Positions 29,570 to 38,066 of a stretch of DNA of 64,000 nucleotides are shown piece by piece. The stretch comes from Megasphaera sp. UBA1696. Its GTDB lineage: Bacteria > Bacillota > Negativicutes > Veillonellales > Megasphaeraceae. Position 1 is the first letter of the stretch, and every line of letters starts with the position of its first letter. The DNA lies in NCBI GenBank assembly GCA_002319965.1, contig DCJQ01000017.1:524-64523 (forward strand), given 5' to 3'. The notes beneath the pieces were generated by a model. The model saw nothing but the letters and a program-made list of their open reading frames with translations. It made no database searches and was not told where the DNA came from. The position numbers and the translations under genes were made by a program.

Positions 29570-30421
29570 GTGAAAACGATTCGACTATTGTACCCGGACT
29601 ATGTGAGCGGCGGACTGGAGACCTATTATTTTGGCGCCAACCTGATGGCTCATATTTTGCCGGAAAATGAAAACCAGCCCCTGATACGCGTGGATATCCT
29701 TCCGCCGACAGGCGAAGAAAAGCCGGTCACAGACGGGATATATGGAAAGGCAGAGGTGGTAACGGGCATTTTAGATGCCATGGGCAAAATCGAAGGCGCA
29801 CAGCCAGATAAAATCATCACCATCGGCGGAAACTGCATGGTATCTCAGGCTCCGTTTGACTATTTACACGGAAAGTACGGAAACCTCGGCCTTATCTGGA
29901 TCGATGCCCATCCCGACGTATCCACGACAAAAGACGGCTACCCCAATGCCCATGCCATGGTGTTAGGCTCGTTATTAGGGCAGGGGGATGCAGCCTTGTC
30001 CTATTTGATGCAGTCGCCAAAGTTTGATCCCAAGGACATCCTCTATATCGGTCTTCAGGACTTACATGACTATCAGCGAAATTTTTTGGATGACATGGAT
30101 GTACAGTATAAAATCCAGACTGAGGAATTTGTCACCGATCAAGACATTCGCGCCTTTGCCGGAAGATTCGATCATATCCTGGTTCATTTCGACATCGATG
30201 TGTTGGATGAACGGTTTTTCCATGATACCTATTTTGCCAATCCCGACCTCGTTGGAGATGGTTCCGGCGGTGGAAAAATGACCCTTGAAAAACTGTCAGA
30301 GATCCTCCAAACAATCCAGGACTGCTCAGATATTGTCGGTTTTACCATTGCCGAATACCTTCCCTTTGAGGCCTATCGGCTCCATAAGATGTTTTCCAAC
30401 ATAAAAATCCTTACAGTGTGA
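29570..30421 (+). CDS. Arginase/agmatinase (ureohydrolase) family protein
   Basis: GGNC, WIDAHPD, HFDIDVLD; RBS AGGAGG before GTG. Confidence 0.88.
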   Translation: MKTIRLLYPDYVSGGLETYYFGANLMAHILPENENQPLIRVDILPPTGEEKPVTDGIYGKAEVVTGILDAMGKIEGAQPDKIITIGGNCMVSQAPFDYLHGKYGNLGLIWIDAHPDVSTTKDGYPNAHAMVLGSLLGQGDAALSYLMQSPKFDPKDILYIGLQDLHDYQRNFLDDMDVQYKIQTEEFVTDQDIRAFAGRFDHILVHFDIDVLDERFFHDTYFANPDLVGDGSGGGKMTLEKLSEILQTIQDCSDIVGFTIAEYLPFEAYRLHKMFSNIKILTV

Positions 30422-30543
30422 CGACCCGGACGGGACATGAGCTGTCGCAGCGACCTTATAAAGATAACCCTCATGAGCAAACGTTCCTTTGATCATGAGG
30501 GGTTTTTTCGGTTCAAAAATCGATTACGATGCCTTGCGGATTC

Positions 30544-31071
30544 TTAGTGGGCTTGGTCTAAATCTTTTCGCATGAGATCGTCTGTCTGCACATCATCTCC
30601 CATGACAAAGTGGTGGGTGCTGATTTTATAAAATCCATTGGCTTTGTAGAATTGAAGGGCTTTTTCATTATGCTCCCAAACGCCGAGCCAGACGTATCTT
30701 TTCTTTTTCGCCACGGCCATGGCAATGGCTTGTTCCATCAAATAGTGTCCCAGGCCTTGTCCTTGAAATTCTCCGGATACATAGATCCTTTCGATCTCCA
30801 AGGACTCCGGGTCATGAATATCCGTCTGTGACGGGACTTCATTTATCTTCAGGTAAGCGGCTGCCTTTTCATGGCAGTGCAGGATGAAGAACTTTGAATG
30901 ATTATTTTCCAATTCCCGGCGAAGTTTTTCCCGGTCAAAGGCCCGGTTCAAATATTCTTCCATATTTTTTTCGGTGTTCGTGGATGCAAATGTCTCGTAA
31001 TACGTTTGAATCGATAATTTACGAAGTTCATCCAAGTCATCGACAGTACATAATGTTAACGTGATATCCAT
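30544..31071 (-). CDS. GNAT acetyltransferase, PaiA-like (spermidine/spermine N-acetyltransferase family)
   Basis: TYYETF, LEIERIYV, FQGQGLG, WLGVWEHNEKALQFY, HHFVMGDDVQTD. Confidence 0.88.
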   Translation of the reverse strand: MDITLTLCTVDDLDELRKLSIQTYYETFASTNTEKNMEEYLNRAFDREKLRRELENNHSKFFILHCHEKAAAYLKINEVPSQTDIHDPESLEIERIYVSGEFQGQGLGHYLMEQAIAMAVAKKKRYVWLGVWEHNEKALQFYKANGFYKISTHHFVMGDDVQTDDLMRKDLDQAH

Positions 31072-31193
31072 CGTAAATACTCCTATCTGATAGATGATAA
31101 GCCTTTCCATGATCGATCAGGGCACGGTCGTCGGTGTTTCAACTACGGTGCAATCTGTGGTCCCGTTTACGGTCGAGTTTTTGGAAAGGCTAT

Positions 31194-31227
31194 AAAAAAA
31201 GGGAGGCCTCTTAAGGTCTCCCTTTTG
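31194..31227 (-). terminator. Terminator after potE
   Basis: AAAAGGGAGGCC-tcttaa-GGTCTCCCTTTT. Confidence 0.75.
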
Positions 31228-31233
31228 ATCTGT

Positions 31234-32559
31234 TCATTTAATTTCGACGATGGTCTGCTTCATGATCGTGAAGCGGATGACGTAGACGAGCCAGCCCAGG
31301 AAGGCGGCGAAGCTGCCGCTGAGGAAGGTCGTCGCATCGGTCGTTGTCAATGCGTATACGCAGTAGATAATTGATACGCCTGCTAAGAAAATCGAAGTAT
31401 TTCGGTTGCAGACTTTATTGGGAATGTTTTCCTTGGTAAGGATCGTCGTCAAGGCCCCGGCGCAGAGAATGTAGGGGATGACGTTGGTGACGACGGCCAG
31501 GTTCGCCAAGAGTTCGAACTGGGCGGCCAAGGTCGGGCTGATCGTCATCAAAGCGAGGACGCTTTGCATGCCTAAGATGCAGAGCATGCCCTTGACGGGA
31601 ACGTCAGCACTGGTAACTTTGGCAAAAATCTTGGGGAACAGGCCGCGTTGGGCGCTGGTCTTGAAGACGCGGGCTAAGGTGAACTGCCACGACAGAAGAG
31701 ACCCTGCGCAGGAGAATACCATCAGACCCATGACTACTTTGCCGGCCGTATCGCCGAGCATGTAGGAGAAGGCCAGGCCGAAGGGGGCACTCGATGCCAA
31801 GATTTCGGCATTGGGAACGATTCCGGCGATGACATTCGTCGAAGCGACGTAGATGACAGCGACGCTGATGGTGCTGACGAAGGTCGCAATGGGAACGGAT
31901 TTTTTCGGGTTTTCAACGGCGTCCATGTTGACGGCTGCCGATTCAAGGCCCAGGAAAGACCACAACGTAAGGGCAATCGAATTTCCGACGGCATCGCCGA
32001 GACCCAGGTCATTGGGATTCCACGATGCGAGCCAGGTTGCCGGGCTGAACCAGTGCCAGCCGATAATAGAAATACCGAGAACCGGAATGATAGCGCCCCA
32101 GATGGTAATGGCACTCAGCTTGCCCGAATACCGGGAACCGCTGAAGTTGAGGGCCGCTGCAATCCACAATAAAGCGATCGTATATAGACACGTCTGAATC
32201 GGCGTAAAGGTCGTTTCAAGGAAACCTGCGCCGTAACCGACTGCCGTGATGGCAATGGCGACGTTTGCAATTACGATGGAAACAGAGTAGGCGTAATTTG
32301 CCATAAAATGTCCTATTCGCCCGAAGGCGTATTCGGAGTAACCACCCATACCGCCCGGCTTCGTTGTAAACATGCCACATCGGGCAAAGGCCATGGCGAG
32401 GGCTAAAGAGCCAAAAGAGGTAATAATCCAAGAAATGATTGAAATAGTACCGACTTCGGCAAGCTTGGTCGGCAGCATGATGATACCGGCTCCAAGCATG
32501 TTGGCAGCAGTGACGAAGGTCAGCTGGACAACAGACATTTTACGACATGTAGTTTTCAT
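31234..32559 (-). CDS. potE: Putrescine-ornithine antiporter (APC family)
   Basis: KMSVVQLT..NMLGAGIIMLPTKLAEVGTIS, GGMGGY, LWSFLGLESA, NLAVVTNVIPY. Confidence 0.88.
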   Translation of the reverse strand: MKTTCRKMSVVQLTFVTAANMLGAGIIMLPTKLAEVGTISIISWIITSFGSLALAMAFARCGMFTTKPGGMGGYSEYAFGRIGHFMANYAYSVSIVIANVAIAITAVGYGAGFLETTFTPIQTCLYTIALLWIAAALNFSGSRYSGKLSAITIWGAIIPVLGISIIGWHWFSPATWLASWNPNDLGLGDAVGNSIALTLWSFLGLESAAVNMDAVENPKKSVPIATFVSTISVAVIYVASTNVIAGIVPNAEILASSAPFGLAFSYMLGDTAGKVVMGLMVFSCAGSLLSWQFTLARVFKTSAQRGLFPKIFAKVTSADVPVKGMLCILGMQSVLALMTISPTLAAQFELLANLAVVTNVIPYILCAGALTTILTKENIPNKVCNRNTSIFLAGVSIIYCVYALTTTDATTFLSGSFAAFLGWLVYVIRFTIMKQTIVEIK

Positions 32560-32719
32560 TATCAGTCCTTCTTTCGTTTAGAATGCGTATACGGCTAGAA
32601 ATTTTAGCAAGTTAATTCTATCATTTTTGCAGAGAAAATTAAATAGCTTTTTGAAAAATGCTATATGTATTTAGGGCCCTTTTGATGTCGATTATTCTAA
32701 ATCTGTATAGAAAATTTTA

Positions 32720-33170
32720 CATAAGGTGATAATAGCCGGGAAGCCCAGGTTTTATCAGCTTTCCCAAGGGGTTGAAAAAATGGATTTTCAAGAAAAATGA
32801 AGCTCTGTTGAGCCTTTGGGAGGTCCTTTGTAAAGGTCCTTTCGAGAGGGTTTTGGTCCTGACTTTTTTTCTTTTGAAGCGAAGGTTCTTTTTCAAAGAA
32901 CAAAAATTCACTGAACTTGTCCAGCTTTAAAGACAGGACAAAATCTGTCATCCCCTTCAAAAAGGGAAGGCCTCCCTCCCATCGAAAGGGGAGGGGCATC
33001 TCCCTTGTGGGAATCGCTCGGCTCGTCTCGAAAGGGACGAAAAAAGAGGACTCATCTTTGAGCAAGCCTCAGAACCATAAGCCAGTAAAAATGAATCCTC
33101 TTTGCGACTGGATAAGTATATCAATATTAGGGTCAGGCGTCAATAAGAAATGGGTGTTTTGAGACAAAAA
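32720..33170 (+). ncRNA. Candidate large, highly structured non-coding RNA (family not recognised)
   Basis: More than 10 nested helices by hand-folding, G-U wobbles and GAAA loops favour the + strand, no credible ORF; see findings. Confidence 0.6.
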
Positions 33171-33205
33171 AATAATTTTTTTTACGACCGGAAAAAGCAT
33201 GATAA

Positions 33206-33242
33206 AAAAGAGTCCCGCACCATCATGCATGCGAGACTCTTT
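33206..33242 (-). terminator. Terminator after the thiolase genes
   Basis: AAAGAGTCCCGCA...TGCGAGACTCTTT with A-tract on the left. Confidence 0.75.
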
Positions 33243-33261
33243 GCAGTTTTTACAAGGGTGA

Positions 33262-34443
33262 TTAGTCGATGTTTTCGACGATGCAGGCCGTACCCTGGCC
33301 GCCGCCGATGCACAGCGTAGCCAAGCCGTATTTACCGCCGACTTCTTTCAAGCCGTAGAGCAAGGTTACGAGGATACGAGCGCCCGATGCGCCAATCGGA
33401 TGGCCGAGGGCGATAGCGCCGCCGTGGATGTTGACTTTATCCATATCGAAGCCGAGTTCGCGGCAGCAGTATACAGCCTGAGCTGCGAAAGCTTCGTTGG
33501 CTTCAACGAGATCCAGGTCTTTAACTTCAAGACCGGCTTTCGCCAAGGCTTTGCGGGACGAAGGAACCGGGCCGGTACCCATGATGGTCGGATCGACGCC
33601 GGCCGATGCATAGCTTACGATTTTAGCCATCGGTTTGAGGCCGAGTTCTTTGGCTTTGTCAGCCGACATGACGACGAAAGCAGCAGCGCCGTCGTTGATG
33701 CCGGAAGCGTTGCCGGCCGTTACCGTACCGCCCTTTTTGAAGGCCGGTTTCAATTTAGCCAGGCTTTCCATGGTCGTGCCTTCGCGCGGGAATTCGTCGG
33801 TGTCGATGACGACGTCTTTTTTACGCTGATGGACCGTAACCGGAACGATCTGAGATTTGAAAGCGCCGCTCTTAATAGCTTCGCAGGCTCTTACCTGAGA
33901 ACGGACGCCCATTTCGTCCTGATCTTCACGGGTAACGCCGAATTTTTCAGCTACGTTTTCAGCCGTGATGCCCATGTGGTAGTCGTTGAATGCATCCCAG
34001 AGGCCGTCTTTGATCATCGTGTCGACGAGGACGCCGTTGCCCATACGGTAGCCGTAACGGCCCTTAGGAACGGCAAAGGGAGCCATGGACATGTTTTCCA
34101 TACCGCCGGCTACGATGACGTCAGCGTCACCGGCTTTGATCATCTGAGCTGCCAAGGATACGCAGCGAAGACCGGAACCGCAGACTTTATTGACCGTAAG
34201 AGCCGGAACTTCGATGGGCATGCCGGCTTTGATCATAGCCTGGCGTGCCGGGTTCTGACCCTGAGCTGCCTGAAGAACGTTGCCCATGACGACTTCGTCG
34301 ACGTCTTTGCCTTCGATGCCGGCACGTTTGAGGGCTTCAGCGATAACGACAGCGCCTAATTCAACAGCCGGGGTATCTTTGAAACCGCCGCCAAATTTGC
34401 CGATAGCTGTACGGCAAGCACTTACGATAACTACTTCTTTCAT
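33262..34443 (-). CDS. thlA: Acetyl-CoA C-acetyltransferase (thiolase) 1
   Basis: [44 protein letters not shown]; start [12 protein letters not shown] after RBS AAGGAG. Confidence 0.95.
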   Translation of the reverse strand: MKEVVIVSACRTAIGKFGGGFKDTPAVELGAVVIAEALKRAGIEGKDVDEVVMGNVLQAAQGQNPARQAMIKAGMPIEVPALTVNKVCGSGLRCVSLAAQMIKAGDADVIVAGGMENMSMAPFAVPKGRYGYRMGNGVLVDTMIKDGLWDAFNDYHMGITAENVAEKFGVTREDQDEMGVRSQVRACEAIKSGAFKSQIVPVTVHQRKKDVVIDTDEFPREGTTMESLAKLKPAFKKGGTVTAGNASGINDGAAAFVVMSADKAKELGLKPMAKIVSYASAGVDPTIMGTGPVPSSRKALAKAGLEVKDLDLVEANEAFAAQAVYCCRELGFDMDKVNIHGGAIALGHPIGASGARILVTLLYGLKEVGGKYGLATLCIGGGQGTACIVENID

Positions 34444-34650
34444 TGGAATCACTCCTTGAGATTTTTTTACGTATGAAATAGATGAGACGCATCGGTATGA
34501 GGCGAATGCGCCGCGAAAAGCATCATCATAATGATGATACCAGATAATGATATAATACACCCTCCAAAAGGAAATGTATAGACCACGTTCAGAAAATTAC
34601 GTAGTCTATACATTTGATTGCTTACTATTTAGGGAATAGGGGGTAAAAAC

Positions 34651-35835
34651 TTACAGGCGTTCTACGATGATAGCCGTGCCCTGGCCGCCGCCGATGCAGA
34701 GGGCAGCAAGACCATAGCGGCCGTTGATTTCCGGTTCAGCCATAGCATAGAGCAAGGTGACGATGATACGAGCGCCGGAGCAGCCAATCGGATGGCCGAG
34801 AGCGATAGCGCCGCCGTGGATGTTGACTTTGTCCATGTTGAGACCGAGTTCGCGGCAGCAGTATACGGACTGAGCTGCGAAAGCTTCGTTCAATTCGATG
34901 AGGTCCATCTGGTCGACGGTCATGCCTGTTTTCTTCATGACTTTGCGAACAGCCGGAACCGGGCCGATACCCATGATAGCCGGATCTACGCCAGCCGAAG
35001 CCCAATCGATGATGCGAGCCAGCGGTTTGATGCCGAGTTCTTTGGCTTTGTCAGCGGACATGATGACGACAGCAGCTGCGCCGTCGTTGATGCCGGAAGC
35101 GTTACCTGCCGTAACCGTGCCGTCTTTAATGAAGGCCGGGCGGAGTTTGGAGAGCATATCCATGGTGCAGTCCGGACGGATGAATTCGTCTTTGTCGATG
35201 ATGACGTCGCCTTTTCTCTTATGAACCGTAACCGGTACGATCTGGCTGTCGAATTTGCCTTCCTGCTGAGCTTTGTAAGCGTACTGCTGCGAACGGAGAG
35301 CCAATTTATCCTGGTCTTCACGCGTTACGCCAAAGCGGCTGGATACGTTTTCAGCCGTTACGCCCATATGATAGTTGTTTTCCGTGCAGATCAAGCCGTC
35401 ACGAAGAAGAAGGTCTTCGAGAACGCCGTTACCCATGCGATAGCCGCGGCGGCCTTTGGCGATGGAGTAAGGGGCGTTGGACATGGATTCCATACCGCCG
35501 GCAACGATGATGTCAGCGTCACCGAGTTTGATCTGCTGCGAAGCCAAGGAAATGGCGCGCATGCCGGAACCACAGAGTTTATTTAATGTGAAAGCTGGAA
35601 CTTCCTGGGGAATTCCCGAGTGAAGGGCAACTTGACGGGCTGTGTTTTCACCGCAACCGGCTTGGAGTACATGACCCATGATGACTTCGTCGATCTGATC
35701 GACAGGGACACCTGCGCGTTTAATTGCTTCAGTAACCGCAGCAATACCGAGGTCTACAGCGGTAATATCTGCGAATTGGCCATTGAAGCTGCCGATGGCC
35801 GTACGGCAAGCACTTACGATAACAGCATCTCTCAT
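34651..35835 (-). CDS. Acetyl-CoA C-acetyltransferase (thiolase) 2, paralog
   Basis: NKLCGSG, NEAFA, GHPIGCSG, CIGGGQG; start [12 protein letters not shown]. Confidence 0.93.
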   Translation of the reverse strand: MRDAVIVSACRTAIGSFNGQFADITAVDLGIAAVTEAIKRAGVPVDQIDEVIMGHVLQAGCGENTARQVALHSGIPQEVPAFTLNKLCGSGMRAISLASQQIKLGDADIIVAGGMESMSNAPYSIAKGRRGYRMGNGVLEDLLLRDGLICTENNYHMGVTAENVSSRFGVTREDQDKLALRSQQYAYKAQQEGKFDSQIVPVTVHKRKGDVIIDKDEFIRPDCTMDMLSKLRPAFIKDGTVTAGNASGINDGAAAVVIMSADKAKELGIKPLARIIDWASAGVDPAIMGIGPVPAVRKVMKKTGMTVDQMDLIELNEAFAAQSVYCCRELGLNMDKVNIHGGAIALGHPIGCSGARIIVTLLYAMAEPEINGRYGLAALCIGGGQGTAIIVERL

Positions 35836-35985
35836 TAGAAAAACCATCCTTTCTGACATGAAACAAAATATAGAATAATATAGTATATTAAGCCTTGATT
35901 GACGGAGCCGCCGCTTACGCAGCTCCTTGGGGGTTACGTTGAAATGAAGAATTTGAGTTCTAAATTTCACAATCTCCATGTCTAT

Positions 35986-36014
35986 ATAGTACATTTTTTC
36001 ACAAGTAAATGCAA
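35986..36014 (-). promoter_or_regulatory. Sigma-A promoter of the thiolases with an overlapping Rex-like operator
   Basis: Minus strand TTGCAT-17-TACTAT; TAGTACA-TTTT-TTCACAA (35987-36004) matches 11/14 of TTGTGAA-N4-TTCACAA. Confidence 0.5.
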
Positions 36015-36349
36015 GAGGAAAATGGATTTTTGCTGTGCCGAATAATCATGATAAAGTAAGAGACAGCGAAAAGAAGAATGAACACCCCAAATAGTTCGCT
36101 ATGCATATCATTTTAAAGAGAAAGCCTTCTTTCCGGCTGACGACATCATGGGCAGTCACTTTTTCCAAGAGAAAGATTTTTTGATAAATAATTAAGAGGG
36201 TTATGTATTATATATAATCCTTTAGATGCTTCGTGAAGGGGGCGTTAACGGCCCGTGCTTAGATTGATTCTTTTATATAAGGAAAGGGGCCTGTGAACCG
36301 GAACAGTCACAAGGCCCCAAGCGGAAGGATCGAATCGAAAATGGCAACT

Positions 36350-36384
36350 AAAAAAGCGACTCCACATACGTGAGGTCGCTTTTT
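36350..36384. terminator. Intrinsic terminator hairpin
   Basis: AAAAAGCGAC...CAC-atac-GTG...GTCGCTTTTT. Confidence 0.75.
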
Positions 36385-36405
36385 CAGGCATTACAGTCGG
36401 ACATA

Positions 36406-36486
36406 TTAAAGAAGGTGTGCAATGAAGCTGTACGAAAGCAAAGCACCCATGGAAATAATGATTTTTGCATTTGCACTTAAGTTTAT
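36406..36486 (-). CDS. Putative 26-aa hydrophobic peptide (ATA start)
   Basis: RBS GAGGGAG, then ATA AAC TTA..., giving (M)NLSANAKIIISMGALLSYSFIAHLL; own promoter and terminator. Confidence 0.4.
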   Translation of the reverse strand: MNLSANAKIIISMGALLSYSFIAHLL

Positions 36487-36977
36487 GATTCTCCCTCATT
36501 TCTTCTTTATAATATGCCAGCCTAATATTTTAAGTTGTTACTGGATAATGACCGGCTGGTGTTTGATCTCTTTATCTATAAATATAATAACGCGTGATTA
36601 AAATAAAATCAATAGCTGAAAAATGCAATTGTAGGGGGCCTATATAACTTGAACGCAAAAATAAGCGCATAAAATAGAGAATATCAAGCGAAAAGCGGGA
36701 AAATATTTTCGCGTATTAGGCAAAATAATCATTTCTCAAGAAAAAATAAATCAAGAAAAAAGTGAATAAAATGATTATTTATTCAAAACCGAAAAATGTT
36801 AAATTTTATGTTTAAATAAAGGTACGACTTAAAAAATAAAACAAGATAACGGTGAGATAAGTATTGGCAGGAACGTAAAGAATGTTCTATAATGAATATA
36901 ATAAAGAGAAAGGCGGCAGTCCCCCATAGATACCGTTAAGACTGCCGCCCGTTCATGATGATATTAGGAGGAATACG

Positions 36978-37610
36978 ATGGGATTTTTCGACGCGTTTTT
37001 TAAAGAGCAGCAGCGCACGAAGAGCGAAGAAATTTATGACCGTGCCCTGCAGATCTTTAATTCACCGGAGCTGCAAAATGAGGCCTTGTCAAAAGATCTC
37101 GCCCGGGAAGTGCTTGCCGGCGAAGACTGTGATCAGGTGAGCGGGGCTTACGGCCGATTTGGCCATGATGTGACCAATCCTATTCCCGTCAACGGGCCGA
37201 GTGGGGAATTCGTCTACTTATCGCGCCTGCGCCTGCGGCGGACGGGATCGATGGTCTTTTTCCATAACGTCGGACAGATCGGGCGCATCCATGTTTTTGA
37301 ATTGACCAACGTCAGCGGTCACTTTGCCGACCGACTGTACGTCGACATGTATCATCCCCGCTGTTCTCGCCTCTATCCCGAAGGCTATACCCTCGAACGG
37401 GAAGCCGTCTTTCCCCGCGGCGTGACGACGACCGTTGCCGATTTTCCTAACGGCCTCTATAAGGCCATTAAGAAGGAATCGAAACTGCGTCTTGGCATCG
37501 ATGTGGCCGAACAGGAAAGTGCTCGCATCGACGCGGCAGCAGCTCAGGAATCCCTGGCCGGTCTTCCTGTAAAAACCATGGCGGCGGTACCGGTCGAACC
37601 ATTGAAATAA
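36978..37610 (+). CDS. Hypothetical protein
   Basis: 210 aa ORF with strong RBS AGGAGG; GRFGHDVTNPIPVNGP motif. Confidence 0.8.
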   Translation: MGFFDAFFKEQQRTKSEEIYDRALQIFNSPELQNEALSKDLAREVLAGEDCDQVSGAYGRFGHDVTNPIPVNGPSGEFVYLSRLRLRRTGSMVFFHNVGQIGRIHVFELTNVSGHFADRLYVDMYHPRCSRLYPEGYTLEREAVFPRGVTTTVADFPNGLYKAIKKESKLRLGIDVAEQESARIDAAAAQESLAGLPVKTMAAVPVEPLK

Positions 37611-37670
37611 GGCAGATCTATGGTATAATTACTACCAGATTAAAGTGTTATCATATGAGGAGGGTCACTG

Positions 37671-37901
37671 ATGAGAGAGTTACCGAAAGCGCATGAAACG
37701 TGGCGCCATTTTAAAAACAATACTTATGAAATCATTACGCTTGCCGAACACACGGAAACGGGTGAAAAGTTCGTTATCTACAAAGCCCTGCATGATACGA
37801 TGAAAACCTATGCCCGCCCGTTGAAAGATTTCATGAGCGAAGTGGACAAAGAAAAATATCCTCGTTCGGAACAGGATTATCGCTTCGTTAAGATTAAATA
37901 G
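37671..37901 (+). CDS. DUF1653 domain protein
   Basis: WRHFKNNTY, AEHTETGE.FVIYKAL, YARP..FMSEVDKEKYP...Q.YRF. Confidence 0.88.
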   Translation: MRELPKAHETWRHFKNNTYEIITLAEHTETGEKFVIYKALHDTMKTYARPLKDFMSEVDKEKYPRSEQDYRFVKIK

Positions 37902-37948
37902 CCTTGACAGTTTGAAAAAGTACTGCTATAATATAGAACGTTGAAAAT

Positions 37949-38049
37949 AAAGCAGAAGCTATCCGCTTCTCACCTTACAAGACGATGGTGTCACTAGGGT
38001 CTATGACGGAAACGTAGAGCGGATAGTCATGCTATCCGTTCTTTTTTTA
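37949..38049 (+). ncRNA. Ribosomal protein L20 leader (attenuator)
   Basis: AAAGCAGAAG..CGCTTCTCACC motif and terminator GAGCGGATAG/CTATCCGTTC-T7 upstream of infC; promoter TTGACA-17-TATAAT at 37904-37932. Confidence 0.85.
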
Positions 38050-38066
38050 TTCGGAGGTGAAAGACA

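Noticed and set aside
32697-33162. Three short ORFs (122, 64 and 81 aa) over the structured region
   Set aside because: Low-complexity F/K/L/S-rich translations with no RBS or motifs; better explained by RNA structure.
32720-33170. Interpretation as a riboswitch or T-box for potE, or as tmRNA, RNase P or a group II intron
   Set aside because: The fold favours the strand opposite to potE, and the signature motifs of these RNA classes were not found.
36245-36499. 84-aa Cys/His-rich minus-strand ORF
   Set aside because: It runs through an intrinsic terminator and has a weak RBS. The overlapping 26-aa frame fits the RBS and terminator better.
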